Source of the DNA: Myxococcota bacterium
Lineage (GTDB): Bacteria > Myxococcota_A > Polyangia > Nannocystales > Nannocystaceae
Assembly (NCBI GenBank): GCA_039028615.1
Contig: JBCCHT010000005.1
Coordinates: 192,001 to 256,000 of the forward strand
Direction: 5' to 3'
DNA: 64,000 bases
A program made the translations under genes and the position numbers. The first letter of the stretch is position 1. Each line of letters begins with the position of its first letter. Shown here one piece after another: positions 39,459 to 49,009 of this stretch. Under the pieces are notes generated by a model that was given only the letters and a program-made list of their open reading frames with translations, was not told the origin of the DNA and ran no database searches.

Positions 39459-40513
39459 CAGGCACTCAGCTCCAGCAGCGTCTGCTCCATCGCCAGGCGA
39501 ACGTTGGGGTTGCGCATCAGGCCCTCGCGCAGCCCTTGCAGGCAGTCGATGTGGCGCAGCAATCGGGGGACTTCGTGCCCGGCGGAGGGCAGCCCGGGCA
39601 GGCCCTCGCCGCCCCGCAGATGCTCGCGCAGGTGCAGCAGCCACAGATCGGTGGCCCGTGCACACGCGGCGCGCTCGCGAGCGGGGCGACCCGCTCCCGC
39701 CCCGCCGCTGGCCTGGGTCCACGACGACCACAGCGGACCTTTGTCGCCGCTGAAGATCCCGCCCGGCCCGGCATTGACCGCGTCCATCGCGTTGCGCACC
39801 AGGGTGACCACGTCGTCGAGCGAGGCGTCGGTGAGCAGGTCGAGGGCCTGGCCCACGCTGCCCTGAGAAAGCCGCAGCGCCAGGTGTCGACGATCGGCCT
39901 CGGGGGTGGGCAAGGGCTCTTCGCCCGCCTCTTCGGCCTCGGCCTGGCGGCGGGCCAACACGTCGTCGACCACCTCGCCCTGCAGATCCAGCGGCAGCGG
40001 CCCCAGGCGCACGGGCAGGCAGCGGCTGAGGATGGTCGGCAGCAGCCCGTCGGGGCGGCTGGTGATCATCAAGAAATGCACGCCGGGCTTGGGCTCTTCG
40101 ATCGACTTGAGCAGCGCATTGAAGGCCTGCTCGGTCAGCGCGTCTGCGGGATCGAAGATCACCACGTGGTGCCGACCCTCGAAGGGCGCGTGGGAGAGGC
40201 GGTGGCTCAGCTCGCGCGCCGCCTCGACCTTGATGGTGCCGCCGGGGGTCTCGGGCTGGAGGGTCTCGACCCCGGCATGCATGGCGGACAGCACCCGGCG
40301 GCAGGAGGAGCAGGTGCCGCAGCCCACGGCGGGCTGGGTCTCGCAGTGCAGCGCGCAGGCCAGCCCCCGCGCCAGCGTAGCCTTGCCGATCCCCGTCGGA
40401 CCCATGACGATGAGCCCGTGGTGCAGCTGCTCCCGGGCGATTGCCCGTGACAGCCGCGCCTGGGCGTGGGTGTGACCCCGTACGCCGGGAAAGCCGGGAA
40501 ATGCGTCGGACAT
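39458..40513 (-). CDS. holB: DNA polymerase III delta' subunit
   Basis: GPTGIGKAT, CGTCSSC zinc motif, NALLKSIEEP, LLPTILSRC. Confidence 0.88.
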   Translation of the reverse strand: MSDAFPGFPGVRGHTHAQARLSRAIAREQLHHGLIVMGPTGIGKATLARGLACALHCETQPAVGCGTCSSCRRVLSAMHAGVETLQPETPGGTIKVEAARELSHRLSHAPFEGRHHVVIFDPADALTEQAFNALLKSIEEPKPGVHFLMITSRPDGLLPTILSRCLPVRLGPLPLDLQGEVVDDVLARRQAEAEEAGEEPLPTPEADRRHLALRLSQGSVGQALDLLTDASLDDVVTLVRNAMDAVNAGPGGIFSGDKGPLWSSWTQASGGAGAGRPARERAACARATDLWLLHLREHLRGGEGLPGLPSAGHEVPRLLRHIDCLQGLREGLMRNPNVRLAMEQTLLELSA

Positions 40514-40724
40514 CGGGTGCGCGAGAGGGTAACAGCCACGAGGCGGGAATCGACGGGGTCGGCTGCGGGTCCTTGCCGGGCCACCCGTACCTCCTCGACG
40601 CCGCCGGGCCGACGGCGGTTAGCTTCCCGAATCCGCGCGGGGGGGCCCCGGCCTCGCCCAAAACGAAATCAACCGCTTAGCCCCCGCCGGCGCGCCTGCT
40701 ACGATGGCGCCAGGCCCCTACGAC

Positions 40725-41432
40725 ATGAGCAACAAGCCCGGTCTGTTCAGCCGTCTCAAGACTTCCATCTCCAGCGCCCTCAACGACGCGGTCGACGCCG
40801 TGTCCGACCCCGGTCAAGAGGTTGCGCTGATGATCGACGATCTCGCCGCCCAGATCCAAGAGGCCGAAAAGGACCTCCGGCAGGCGATCGTCGATCGCAA
40901 GATGCTCGAGCGAAAAATCGAGGAACTCTCTGCCTCCGAAAAGGAGTGGGAGAAAAAAGCCGAGCAAGCGCTCAAGCTCGGCGACGAGGAACTCGCCCGC
41001 GCCGCCCTCAAGCGCAAGGGGGACTACGGCATGCAGCTGACCGAGGCCAAGGCCGGTCTCGTCGAGCAGACCAACCTCGCCGACACGATGCAAAAGCAGA
41101 TCAAGGAGGGCAAGGCCAAGCACAAGTCCCTCAACCTGCGTCGCGGCTCGCTCATGGCCCAGGCCCGCGCCGCCAAGCAGGGGGTCGCGCCCGGTCAGCT
41201 CTCCAACGGCGGCACCTTCTCGCGGCTCGACGACATCGAGAACAAGATCAACCAGCTCGAGGCGCTCAACGAGGTCTCCGCCGAGCTCAACCAAGACGCG
41301 GTCGAGGAAGCGAAGCTCGACGCCAAGCTGGCCGATCTGGCCGGGGAAAACGAGCTCGAAGACGAGCTGTCCAAGCTCAAGGCCAAGATGGCCAACGAGC
41401 AAAAGAGCCTGCCCAAGAGCGACGACGAGTAG
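40725..41432 (+). CDS. pspA: PspA/IM30-family protein
   Basis: GLFSRLK..LNDAVDAVSDP, coiled coil, GDEELARAAL, LEDELSKLK. Confidence 0.88.
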   Translation: MSNKPGLFSRLKTSISSALNDAVDAVSDPGQEVALMIDDLAAQIQEAEKDLRQAIVDRKMLERKIEELSASEKEWEKKAEQALKLGDEELARAALKRKGDYGMQLTEAKAGLVEQTNLADTMQKQIKEGKAKHKSLNLRRGSLMAQARAAKQGVAPGQLSNGGTFSRLDDIENKINQLEALNEVSAELNQDAVEEAKLDAKLADLAGENELEDELSKLKAKMANEQKSLPKSDDE

Positions 41433-41447
41433 CGTCGCAGCAACAAG

Positions 41448-41484
41448 AAAACGCCGCCCATGGCCTGTGCCGGGCGGCGTTTTT
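41448..41484. terminator. Bidirectional intrinsic terminator
   Basis: AAAACGCCGCCC-N12-GGGCGGCGTTTTT between convergent genes. Confidence 0.75.
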
Positions 41485-41498
41485 GCGTGTCGACTCGT

Positions 41499-41951
41499 CT
41501 ACTCGGCGAGCGAGAGGCCGGCGGCTTCCTTGCGGAACAGCAGCTCTTCGTTCCACAGCATGGTGCTGTCGTGCGAGCGGCGGATGGTGACCTCGATGGC
41601 CCCCGACTCGGAGTCGTCGAGCAGCTTGTAGCTGACCTTGTGCTCGTACTTTTCGCGGGGCTGGATGATGCCGATCCACTCCGGGCCGCCGTTGGTGATC
41701 ACGAAGCCGCGGCCTTTGACGTCGACGACGAGGTTGTCGGTGGTCTCGATGCCCTGCGCGGTCATCTTGACGATGATCTCCGCCTCGGTCGGCCCGACGG
41801 AACGCCAGGCGACGTCGACCTTGAAGGCCGTGCCCTGGTCCGTGACCGTGTCCGACGCGGCGGGGTGGAGGACGGGGCCGGTGGGGCCCTTGTTGCAGCC
41901 CCCCACGAGGACGAGGCCGAGCACGAACGCGGGACCGATGCGACGGAGCAT
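41499..41951 (-). CDS. Hypothetical lipoprotein
   Basis: Lipobox VGG-C; beta-sandwich-like sequence. Confidence 0.7.
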   Translation of the reverse strand: MLRRIGPAFVLGLVLVGGCNKGPTGPVLHPAASDTVTDQGTAFKVDVAWRSVGPTEAEIIVKMTAQGIETTDNLVVDVKGRGFVITNGGPEWIGIIQPREKYEHKVSYKLLDDSESGAIEVTIRRSHDSTMLWNEELLFRKEAAGLSLAE

Positions 41952-42022
41952 GCCCGGAGGGTACCGATGTTTTGGGTCCCGTGTGGAGAGGTCCGGGTTG
42001 CTACACTGCGCGCTTCGCCGGC

Positions 42023-43723
42023 ATGGCCGACCGCCCCGACATTCGCCCGCTGATGGACCGCCAACGCCGACGCGGTGCGACGCTGCTGTTGCTGTGGCTG
42101 GGCCTGATGCTCGGGCTGTCGTTCCCGTACTTCGAGGCCACCCGCAACGCCAACGAGCGCCCGCGCCTGCTCCAGGCCATGGCGCTGGTGGAGGAGGGCA
42201 GCTTTGCCATCGATGGTCCGGGCGCTCGCGGACTCGACCCGGGACCCGACGTCTCGCGCAGCCGAGCCGATGACCGGATCTATCCGAACAAGCCCCCGGG
42301 GACGACGCTGATCGCGGCGGCGGCGTACCGCGGGGCGCGGGCGATGTCCGACGACCTCGATCTGCGGACCTATACCTGGTGGGCGCGGATCTTGGCCGGC
42401 TGGTTGCCCACGATGATCTTGGCGGGCCTGCTGTTCCGACGCTACGCGGCGGGCTTTGGTCCGCGGGTCGCCGCGGGAGCGGTCACGCTTTATGCCCTGG
42501 GCACGCCCGCCGCTTCGTATGCGCATCTTCTGTACGGGCATCAGCTGGCGGCCATGTTCCTGTTCGCAGGGATCGCCTTGCTCGTCGATGCGGGCCGGGA
42601 TGTCGGCCGACGCCGAGCCCTGGTGAGCGCGGCGCTGGGTGGAGGCCTGGCCGGAGCAGCGGTAGGGGTCGAGTACGGAGCGGTCTTCGCCGCGCTGCCC
42701 ATCGCGGGGCTGCTGCTCGCCCGGGTACGCAAGCCGGACGGGGCCGTGGTGTTGATCGCCGGGCTCGCGGGGGCCTTGGTGCCCATCCTCGCGCTGGCCG
42801 CGTATCACCAGCACGTCTACGGCTCGCCGTGGTCGACGGGCTATCACCACGTCACCAATGCCGACTTCGCGGCCAAGCACGGGCAAGGCCTGCTGGGGCT
42901 CGGCCTGCCGGGGCTCGAGGGCGCGACCACGCACCTGTTGTCGGCCGACGGCGGGCTCTTGTGGTGGGCGCCCACCGTGGTGCTCGCCCTTTACGGCTTG
43001 GCCCAGCTGGCCCACAAACCCGGCCCGCTGTGCGCCGAGGCCCGGGTGCACCTGGCGGTGCTGGTGGTCTACGGGCTGGTCGTCTCCAGCCTCAGCTTCG
43101 AAGGGGGCTGGCGTGTCGGCCCGCGGTACCTGGTGGTCGCGTTGCCATCCCTATGTATGGGTTGGGCCCACGTCCTGTCGCAAGCGCGCACCAAGATCTC
43201 TGCGATGGTCGTGGTCGCCGCGCTCGGGACCTACGCGGTCGTGGTCAATGCTCTGGCCGCCAACCTTTGGCCCCATTTTGATCTCACCAACATCCATCAG
43301 CCGGTCACCGAGGTCCTGCTGCCGCTGTGGGAGCACGACCGCCATCCCTATGGGTTCGTGCAGCTGCTCACCGGGCGCTCGGGTTTGCGCCTGGTGGTGG
43401 TGGGCAGCGTGATCGGGACCTGGACGGTGTTCGGAGCCATGGCCGAAGGCGGCTACCGAATGGCGTTGGGGATCATCGGCGGGTCGTTGGTCGGTTTGCT
43501 CTTGGTCGGGTCGACCTACGTGATCGAGCCGCATCCCAAGGGCGAACGCAATTTGGCGTACATCGAGCGAATCTGGGAGCCGAGAGGGGAAACCCCGGGT
43601 AAGAGCGTGTCGCTCACGGGCCCCCTTCACTCACGACGCGGCGGCCGGTCGACCGGAGAATCATCGCGGTCGAGCCTGCGTCCAAAGCGGTCGCGTCGGC
43701 GCGGCAGCACGCGCCGTGAATGA
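42023..43723 (+). CDS. Polytopic membrane protein, GT-C glycosyltransferase-like
   Basis: NANERPRL..EGSFAID, YPNKPPG, multiple TMs, GPRYL. Confidence 0.65.
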   Translation: MADRPDIRPLMDRQRRRGATLLLLWLGLMLGLSFPYFEATRNANERPRLLQAMALVEEGSFAIDGPGARGLDPGPDVSRSRADDRIYPNKPPGTTLIAAAAYRGARAMSDDLDLRTYTWWARILAGWLPTMILAGLLFRRYAAGFGPRVAAGAVTLYALGTPAASYAHLLYGHQLAAMFLFAGIALLVDAGRDVGRRRALVSAALGGGLAGAAVGVEYGAVFAALPIAGLLLARVRKPDGAVVLIAGLAGALVPILALAAYHQHVYGSPWSTGYHHVTNADFAAKHGQGLLGLGLPGLEGATTHLLSADGGLLWWAPTVVLALYGLAQLAHKPGPLCAEARVHLAVLVVYGLVVSSLSFEGGWRVGPRYLVVALPSLCMGWAHVLSQARTKISAMVVVAALGTYAVVVNALAANLWPHFDLTNIHQPVTEVLLPLWEHDRHPYGFVQLLTGRSGLRLVVVGSVIGTWTVFGAMAEGGYRMALGIIGGSLVGLLLVGSTYVIEPHPKGERNLAYIERIWEPRGETPGKSVSLTGPLHSRRGGRSTGESSRSSLRPKRSRRRGSTRRE

Positions 43724-43762
43724 TACGGTTGCGCCGCGACCTGCACACGGAGCGTTGTCTAG

Positions 43763-45931
43763 ATGATTCTCGGTTCCCTTCTTCTCCTGGGAGTGAGTGC
43801 CAGTGCCGACATCGGCGTGGACGAGTCCGCGGCCGCGGCCGAAGCGGCTGCCCCGGCCCCCCGCGCTCGCAAGTCGAGCACGACCGCCAGCCCGCGCCCC
43901 CGCAAGATCACGCGCACGGGGTCCAAGCCGCCGGCCAGCGATGGCCGCAAGCGTGGCGGTCGACTGCGGCTGCGGTCTCGCGCGTTGACCAAGCCGCCCA
44001 CGGTGAAGAAGGTCTCCGAGCGGCCCGAGCCTTCGGCCCGCGTCAAAGCTCAGCCCGCCCGCAAGCGCAAGGGCAAGCGACTGCGTCGCAAGCTCCCCAA
44101 GAAGGCGTTCACCAGCCGCACCAACCTCGGCAAGCTCAAGAGCCGAGAAAAGAGCGCGCCCAAGAAGGTCAAGAGCGAGCTGACGCGGCTGCGTCGCAGC
44201 ATCTCGACCAAGAAGAGCCGCTACCGCGTGGGCTATACGCCCGTGCTCGACATGCCCACCGATGCGGTGACCGGCGCCATCGAGCCCAAGAACCTCAGGA
44301 AGCTCGCCCGCGAGCAGAACGCCGAAGCGGCCGCGGTCTCTCGCCGACGCTTCGTGCCCAACCTGCGCCAACGGGCGCTGCGCGACGCCACCATCGTCGA
44401 GCCCGACTCGTCCGGGTCGTCTGCGGGGCAGTCCTCCGATCACGTCGACGATCCGTTCGGCCCGATGGTGGGCAATGCCACCTGCGCGGTGTCGGCCGAG
44501 GCGTGGAGCTGGAAGGAGTACATGCCCGAGCCGCGCTCGCAGGGCAGCTGCGGTAGCTGCTGGGCCTTCGCCACCCTGTCGGTGTTCGAGGCCTCGATGA
44601 ACATCGCCAACGGCTTCGACGCCGGGCTCGACTACTCCGAGCAGCACCTGGTCGACTGCGCGACCGCCAGCGACGGCTTCGACATCGGCAGCTGCCGCGG
44701 TGGCTACACCGTCATGGTGTACGACTACCTCCAGCGCAAGGGCACGCAGCTCGAGGAGACGGTGCCCTACCTCGAGCGCGACGACAGCTGCAACGCCGGG
44801 CTCAAGGCCGAGAAGAAGATCTCGAACTGGGGCTTCGTGCACGAAAACGGGGCGGTCCCCGAGGTCGACCAGATCAAGGCGGCCATCTGCAACTACGGTC
44901 CCGTCTCCGCTTCCGTGCACGTCAGTCCGGCCTTCAAGGCCTACTCGGGCGGGGTGTTCGACGAGCACGCGTCCGGTCAGACCAACCACGCCGTCTCGTT
45001 GGTGGGGTGGGACGACAAGCGCGGCGCTTGGCTCATGCGCAACTCGTGGGGCAAGTGGTGGGGCGAAGACGGCTACATGTGGATCGAGTACGGCAGCAAC
45101 AAGATCGGCCGATCCGCCGCGTGGGCGGTGGTGGAGCCCGACGTCAAGCCGCCGACCACCAAGACCTTCAAGGCGCGCCAGCTCATGGTGCGCAACGCCA
45201 CCAGCAAGCCCATCGAGGTCCGCCTGCTGCACCGCAAGAGCGGCGGCTGGCAGCCGGCCAAGCCCGGCAAGGGCAAGGCGATGACCTTCACCGTTGCCGC
45301 CGACAGCGAGGCGCTGCTCGGCACCGGGGGCAAGGAGATCGAGGCCTCCAAGGTCCGGCTGTGGGCCGAGTCGACCAAGGGCAGCGAGGCCTGGACCACG
45401 CACCGCAGCAAAGACCTGTCGCTCGTTCCGCAGGGCTCGTACAAGGCCAAGGAGATGGAGACCTTCGTCTTCACCTTCGACTCGAGCAACGTCGACGGGG
45501 GAGGGGGCTCCTCCACCAAGGGCAAGTCGGTCGACAACATCTTCGCCGAGGCCTTTGGGCTCATCGACGCGGGCAACCACGAAGAAGGGCGGGCCATGTT
45601 CTCGCGCTTCCTCGAGGACAAGCCCGGCCACGCCCGCGTGCCCGAGGCTCGCTTCTGGACCGGCTACAGCTTCTTCCTCGAGGGGGCCAACTTCGAGGCG
45701 CTGACCGAGTGGTACGACATCGTGCTGTCGTACCCCGAGCACGACTTCGTGGCCTACGCCCTGTACTACTCCGGCCTGGCCTATACCGGCCGCGGGCAGT
45801 GTGACCTGGCGATCCAGTGCTTCGAGCTGGTGGCCCACGCGGGCTACCCCTCGGCCTCGCAAGAGTGGATCGACGCCGCGCTCACCGAGGTGGGCAAGCT
45901 CGAGACCGACCCCAAGGCCTACTGCGGCTGA
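43763..45931 (+). CDS. Papain-like (C1) cysteine protease with basic N-terminal region and C-terminal TPR
   Basis: QGSCGSCWAFA, SEQHLVDC, NHAVSLVGW, RNSWGKWWGEDGY; TPR-like EARFWTG..YALYYSG. Confidence 0.9.
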   Translation: MILGSLLLLGVSASADIGVDESAAAAEAAAPAPRARKSSTTASPRPRKITRTGSKPPASDGRKRGGRLRLRSRALTKPPTVKKVSERPEPSARVKAQPARKRKGKRLRRKLPKKAFTSRTNLGKLKSREKSAPKKVKSELTRLRRSISTKKSRYRVGYTPVLDMPTDAVTGAIEPKNLRKLAREQNAEAAAVSRRRFVPNLRQRALRDATIVEPDSSGSSAGQSSDHVDDPFGPMVGNATCAVSAEAWSWKEYMPEPRSQGSCGSCWAFATLSVFEASMNIANGFDAGLDYSEQHLVDCATASDGFDIGSCRGGYTVMVYDYLQRKGTQLEETVPYLERDDSCNAGLKAEKKISNWGFVHENGAVPEVDQIKAAICNYGPVSASVHVSPAFKAYSGGVFDEHASGQTNHAVSLVGWDDKRGAWLMRNSWGKWWGEDGYMWIEYGSNKIGRSAAWAVVEPDVKPPTTKTFKARQLMVRNATSKPIEVRLLHRKSGGWQPAKPGKGKAMTFTVAADSEALLGTGGKEIEASKVRLWAESTKGSEAWTTHRSKDLSLVPQGSYKAKEMETFVFTFDSSNVDGGGGSSTKGKSVDNIFAEAFGLIDAGNHEEGRAMFSRFLEDKPGHARVPEARFWTGYSFFLEGANFEALTEWYDIVLSYPEHDFVAYALYYSGLAYTGRGQCDLAIQCFELVAHAGYPSASQEWIDAALTEVGKLETDPKAYCG

Positions 45932-46395
45932 CGCCGACGACGGCCGAGCCCGGCGATGCCGAGCATCAGGAGCCACGCCCCCAGCACCGGGGTCGTGGCT
46001 CCGCCGATCGTGCACCCTCGTTGCTCGGCGGGGGCCGGCGCGGGCGGGCCTCCCTCGGCGCGGGGCGGCTCGGACGAGGGCCCCGGATCGCTCGGCTTGG
46101 CGGTGAGGTCGGCGGGGCCTTCCTTGCACGCCAGGCAGGCGTGGCAGACCGTCTCGGGCGGGCTGCCCTTGGAGTAGTCGAGGTCGCAGCACTCGTCGGG
46201 GCGGCAGGCCCCGGGAACGGTGGTGCGCTGCAGCTCGCCGCCATCGGCCGGCTTGACCAGCTTCATCACGCCGCAGCTGGCCCCCTCGGCCTTGCCCGCG
46301 CACGCCTCGACGGCCGGGTTGGCGGCAGCGAGGCCGGGCAGCGCAAGGAGGCCCACGAGGGGCGCGGCGAGGGCAATGCGGGCGGCGATGGCCAT
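45919..46395 (-). CDS. Small Cys-rich secreted protein with MYXO-CTERM-like anchor
   Basis: Signal peptide; ACAGKAEGASC; GCTI...LGIAGLGRRRR. Confidence 0.65.
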   Translation of the reverse strand: MAIAARIALAAPLVGLLALPGLAAANPAVEACAGKAEGASCGVMKLVKPADGGELQRTTVPGACRPDECCDLDYSKGSPPETVCHACLACKEGPADLTAKPSDPGPSSEPPRAEGGPPAPAPAEQRGCTIGGATTPVLGAWLLMLGIAGLGRRRRQPQ

Positions 46396-46461
46396 CGCCG
46401 ACCAGCTTGGCACGGCGCGCGCGCCTCGCCAAGCCATGGGCCCACGATGGTGCGGCGGACT

Positions 46462-47001
46462 TCAGCGCACGCGTCGCGGCAACCCGTTCGGTCGCAGTCG
46501 ACGGGCTCGCTCGACGAACATGCCCGCGAAGAAACCGAGGCCCAGTACACCGAGCACCAGGGGCCAGTCGAAGCTGAGCGGCGGGGCGGGGGCGTGTGCC
46601 TCGGGCTCCTCGATCACGATCTCGGCCTGGGCCTTCGCGCCGACGATGGTGGCGATGATGGTCGCGATGCGCTCGCGGACGGAGTCTGGGCCGTCGGGCG
46701 CGGTGGCGTTGACCACCGCGAGCACGCGGGCGCCGTCGGACGGACGCTGGGGCAGCTCGACGTTCACCCGGGAGGCGGAGATGGCGGGCAGCACGGCCAG
46801 CGCGTGCTCGATTTCCCGGGCCATGCCCAGCTCTCGGCGGACCCGCTCGCCCTCGCGGGTCGGCACCAGGGTCGGGTCGCCGAACAGCTCCGCCTTGTCG
46901 GGGCGACCGCGGACCGGGGTGCTCGGGCTCCGGGGCGTGGCCTCGCCGCAACCGGCTGCGAGCACGAGCACGAGCCCGAGTCGATGCGCGAGAGGATGCA
47001 T
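46462..47001 (-). CDS. Short lipoprotein with SctJ/YscJ/FliF-like ring-building motif and C-terminal TM
   Basis: Lipobox AAG-C; ELFGDPTLVPTREGERVRRELGMAREIEHALAVLPAISASRVNVELP; TM WPLVLGVLGLGFFAGMFV. Confidence 0.62.
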   Translation of the reverse strand: MHPLAHRLGLVLVLAAGCGEATPRSPSTPVRGRPDKAELFGDPTLVPTREGERVRRELGMAREIEHALAVLPAISASRVNVELPQRPSDGARVLAVVNATAPDGPDSVRERIATIIATIVGAKAQAEIVIEEPEAHAPAPPLSFDWPLVLGVLGLGFFAGMFVERARRLRPNGLPRRVR

Positions 47002-47200
47002 GGGCCGAACACACCGCAGGCGCGGCGTCCAGGCAAATAAACGGAGGATGCGGGCCGGCCGAGGCTCATCTCGAGACCCTCGTGGCGAGGGGAAGGCGCC
47101 GATCCGAAGAGCTATCGGGCAACGAGGCGTGCAACTCCTCGAAATCACTCGCGGGTGAACGAGGTCGCCACCACGACCTCGTCCTCCGCTGGGCCGGGGC

Positions 47201-48796
47201 TCAGTTGTTCGGTGCACCCCCGTCGATCCACTCCCGGATCATGTTGACGGTGCCTGCGGGCAACAAGGGTCCCCCAAGGGGCATCGAGTCGCCCACGGCC
47301 TGCGTGTTCTCCATCTTGTGGATGATGTAGCTGTTGTTGGCGTTGCCCGGCTCGACGAAGTCCAGAGCCACTTGGCCCGAGGGCACATTGACCAGTGCTG
47401 CGTAGGCATTCGCAACGGGGACATTCGAGAACACCGGCGATGTGGCGACGTGACAGCCACACTCCGCATCCCAGACGGGCTGGATGTCTCCCGAATAGCT
47501 GGGGATGCTGACGCAACCCGAGGTGTCGAAGCCGCAGTCGGCCGTGCAGGCCAGGCTTCCCCCGCTGAAGCCGAACGACACGCAGCTCTGTCCGTCGAGG
47601 TCGGCTCCATCGCAGGCCTCGGACGGGTCGGCCGTACCGTCGCCACAGTTGCCGCAGCCCCCCGTGTTGATCGAGCCGCAATCGGCCGCGCACGTCAGGG
47701 CTCCGTTGTCGAAGCCCTGGCTGATGCAGCTCTCGCCACCGAAGTCGGTGCCGTCACACACCTCGGCGTCCTCGATGATTCCGTTGCCGCACAGGCTGCA
47801 CTGGGCGCCACAATCGTTGATGGCCTCGCCAACGCAGATATCGTCCCAATCGGTGTTGCAGCAGTAGGGGTCGAAGGCACACACACAGGATTCGACCGCG
47901 AGGTCTTCACATCCCGGGGTGCCGTTCTCGAAGCAGCAATTGGTGTTGTCGAAACATCCGCTGGTGTCGTAGTCGCAGGCGCCACTGCACGCGAGCACCC
48001 CCGCGTCGAAGCCGAGGTCCCCACAGATCTGGCCGCCGAGGCTGGCTCCGTCGCAATCCTCGCTCCCCTCGATCGACCCGTTGCCGCACGAGGTGCAGGC
48101 CGAAGTATCGAACGTCGTGCAGTCGGCACCACACCCGAGCGAGCCCGCCGTAAAGCCCTGCGTGACACAGGTCTCCCCGCCGATGTCGCCCGAGTCGCAA
48201 ATCTCGGCCGGGTCGACGCTCCCGTCCCCGCAGACACCACAGCCACTGGTGTCGAAGCCGGAACAGTCGGCCAGGCACTCGAGCGTGCCGTTGTCGAAGC
48301 CCAACGAGGTGCAGTCCTGGCCGCCGACGTTGGTCCCGTCGCACAGCTCGGTTCGCTCGACCAAGCCATCACCGCACTCGAAGGTCACGCACAGGTCGAA
48401 CTCGAAGTTGCAGAGACGATTGCAGACGAGCTCGCCGCCGACGAAGCCAAACGCCGTGCAATCTTGGCCGTTCCAATTGTCGCCGTCACACTCCTCGTTG
48501 CCGGTCACCATCCCATCGCCACAACGATCGGCCGCATCGGTGCCGCCCTCTTGGCTCGAGGAACCCTCGTCGCCGGAGGAACTATCGCCGATCGGCCCGT
48601 TGGAGCTGCCCGAATCGCCCGGAGACTCGCCGCTGCTGCCCGGTACCGTCGAAGTGCCCGGAGCCACGGTGCCCGTAGTGGAGCCCGCCTCGGTGTCACT
48701 ACTGCCCGGAACGGGAGCGTCAGTGGGGCAACCGGCTGCGAGCAACACTCCCGCCAACACGCCGGAAGCACGACGAGCGCTCGAATTCATGACCAT
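47201..48796 (-). CDS. Cys-rich repeat lipoprotein with C-terminal cytochrome-c-like domain
   Basis: Lipobox AAG-C; repeats CGxG..E.CDG..GG..C...GF..G.L.C...C..DTSGC; DIQPVWDAECGCH..VEPG..SY..MP..IREWIDGGA. Confidence 0.78.
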   Translation of the reverse strand: MVMNSSARRASGVLAGVLLAAGCPTDAPVPGSSDTEAGSTTGTVAPGTSTVPGSSGESPGDSGSSNGPIGDSSSGDEGSSSQEGGTDAADRCGDGMVTGNEECDGDNWNGQDCTAFGFVGGELVCNRLCNFEFDLCVTFECGDGLVERTELCDGTNVGGQDCTSLGFDNGTLECLADCSGFDTSGCGVCGDGSVDPAEICDSGDIGGETCVTQGFTAGSLGCGADCTTFDTSACTSCGNGSIEGSEDCDGASLGGQICGDLGFDAGVLACSGACDYDTSGCFDNTNCCFENGTPGCEDLAVESCVCAFDPYCCNTDWDDICVGEAINDCGAQCSLCGNGIIEDAEVCDGTDFGGESCISQGFDNGALTCAADCGSINTGGCGNCGDGTADPSEACDGADLDGQSCVSFGFSGGSLACTADCGFDTSGCVSIPSYSGDIQPVWDAECGCHVATSPVFSNVPVANAYAALVNVPSGQVALDFVEPGNANNSYIIHKMENTQAVGDSMPLGGPLLPAGTVNMIREWIDGGAPNN

Positions 48797-49009
48797 GGAC
48801 AGACATCATAGCTGAGCTGGTAGCGCGCGACGACGGCAAAACTCTGCCCGTTTTCGTTGCGGACGCGAATGGTGACCATCAGGTTTCTGGCCGGACCAAC
48901 CTCGAGGGTCGAGACCTCGAACAACTTCCCAGCAGCAGACCATGGTTCGAGCAGCGCCAGCATCTGGATCCGGGGCGACGACCCGGGCCCAGTTGCTACA
49001 GTACACGCG

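Noticed and set aside
38433..40661. 742-aa ORF suggesting a holB-HEAT fusion or frameshift
   Set aside because: Explained by two genes with a TGATG overlap at 39456-39460
46408..46423. TTGGCACG sigma-54-like -24 element
   Set aside because: Poor -12 element and no plus-strand gene downstream
43661..47014. Long ORFs such as 43661..47014(-), 12903..15326(-), 308..2278(+), 50392..52587(-), 4092..6041(+), 29280..31154(-)
   Set aside because: Antisense or shifted shadows of well-supported genes; Arg/Gly/Pro-rich, no motifs; expected at high GC
48834..48885. GGCAAAAC...GGACGCGAA resembling a c-di-GMP-I riboswitch near the PilZ gene
   Set aside because: No GNRA-capped stem or receptor helix; match limited to short words
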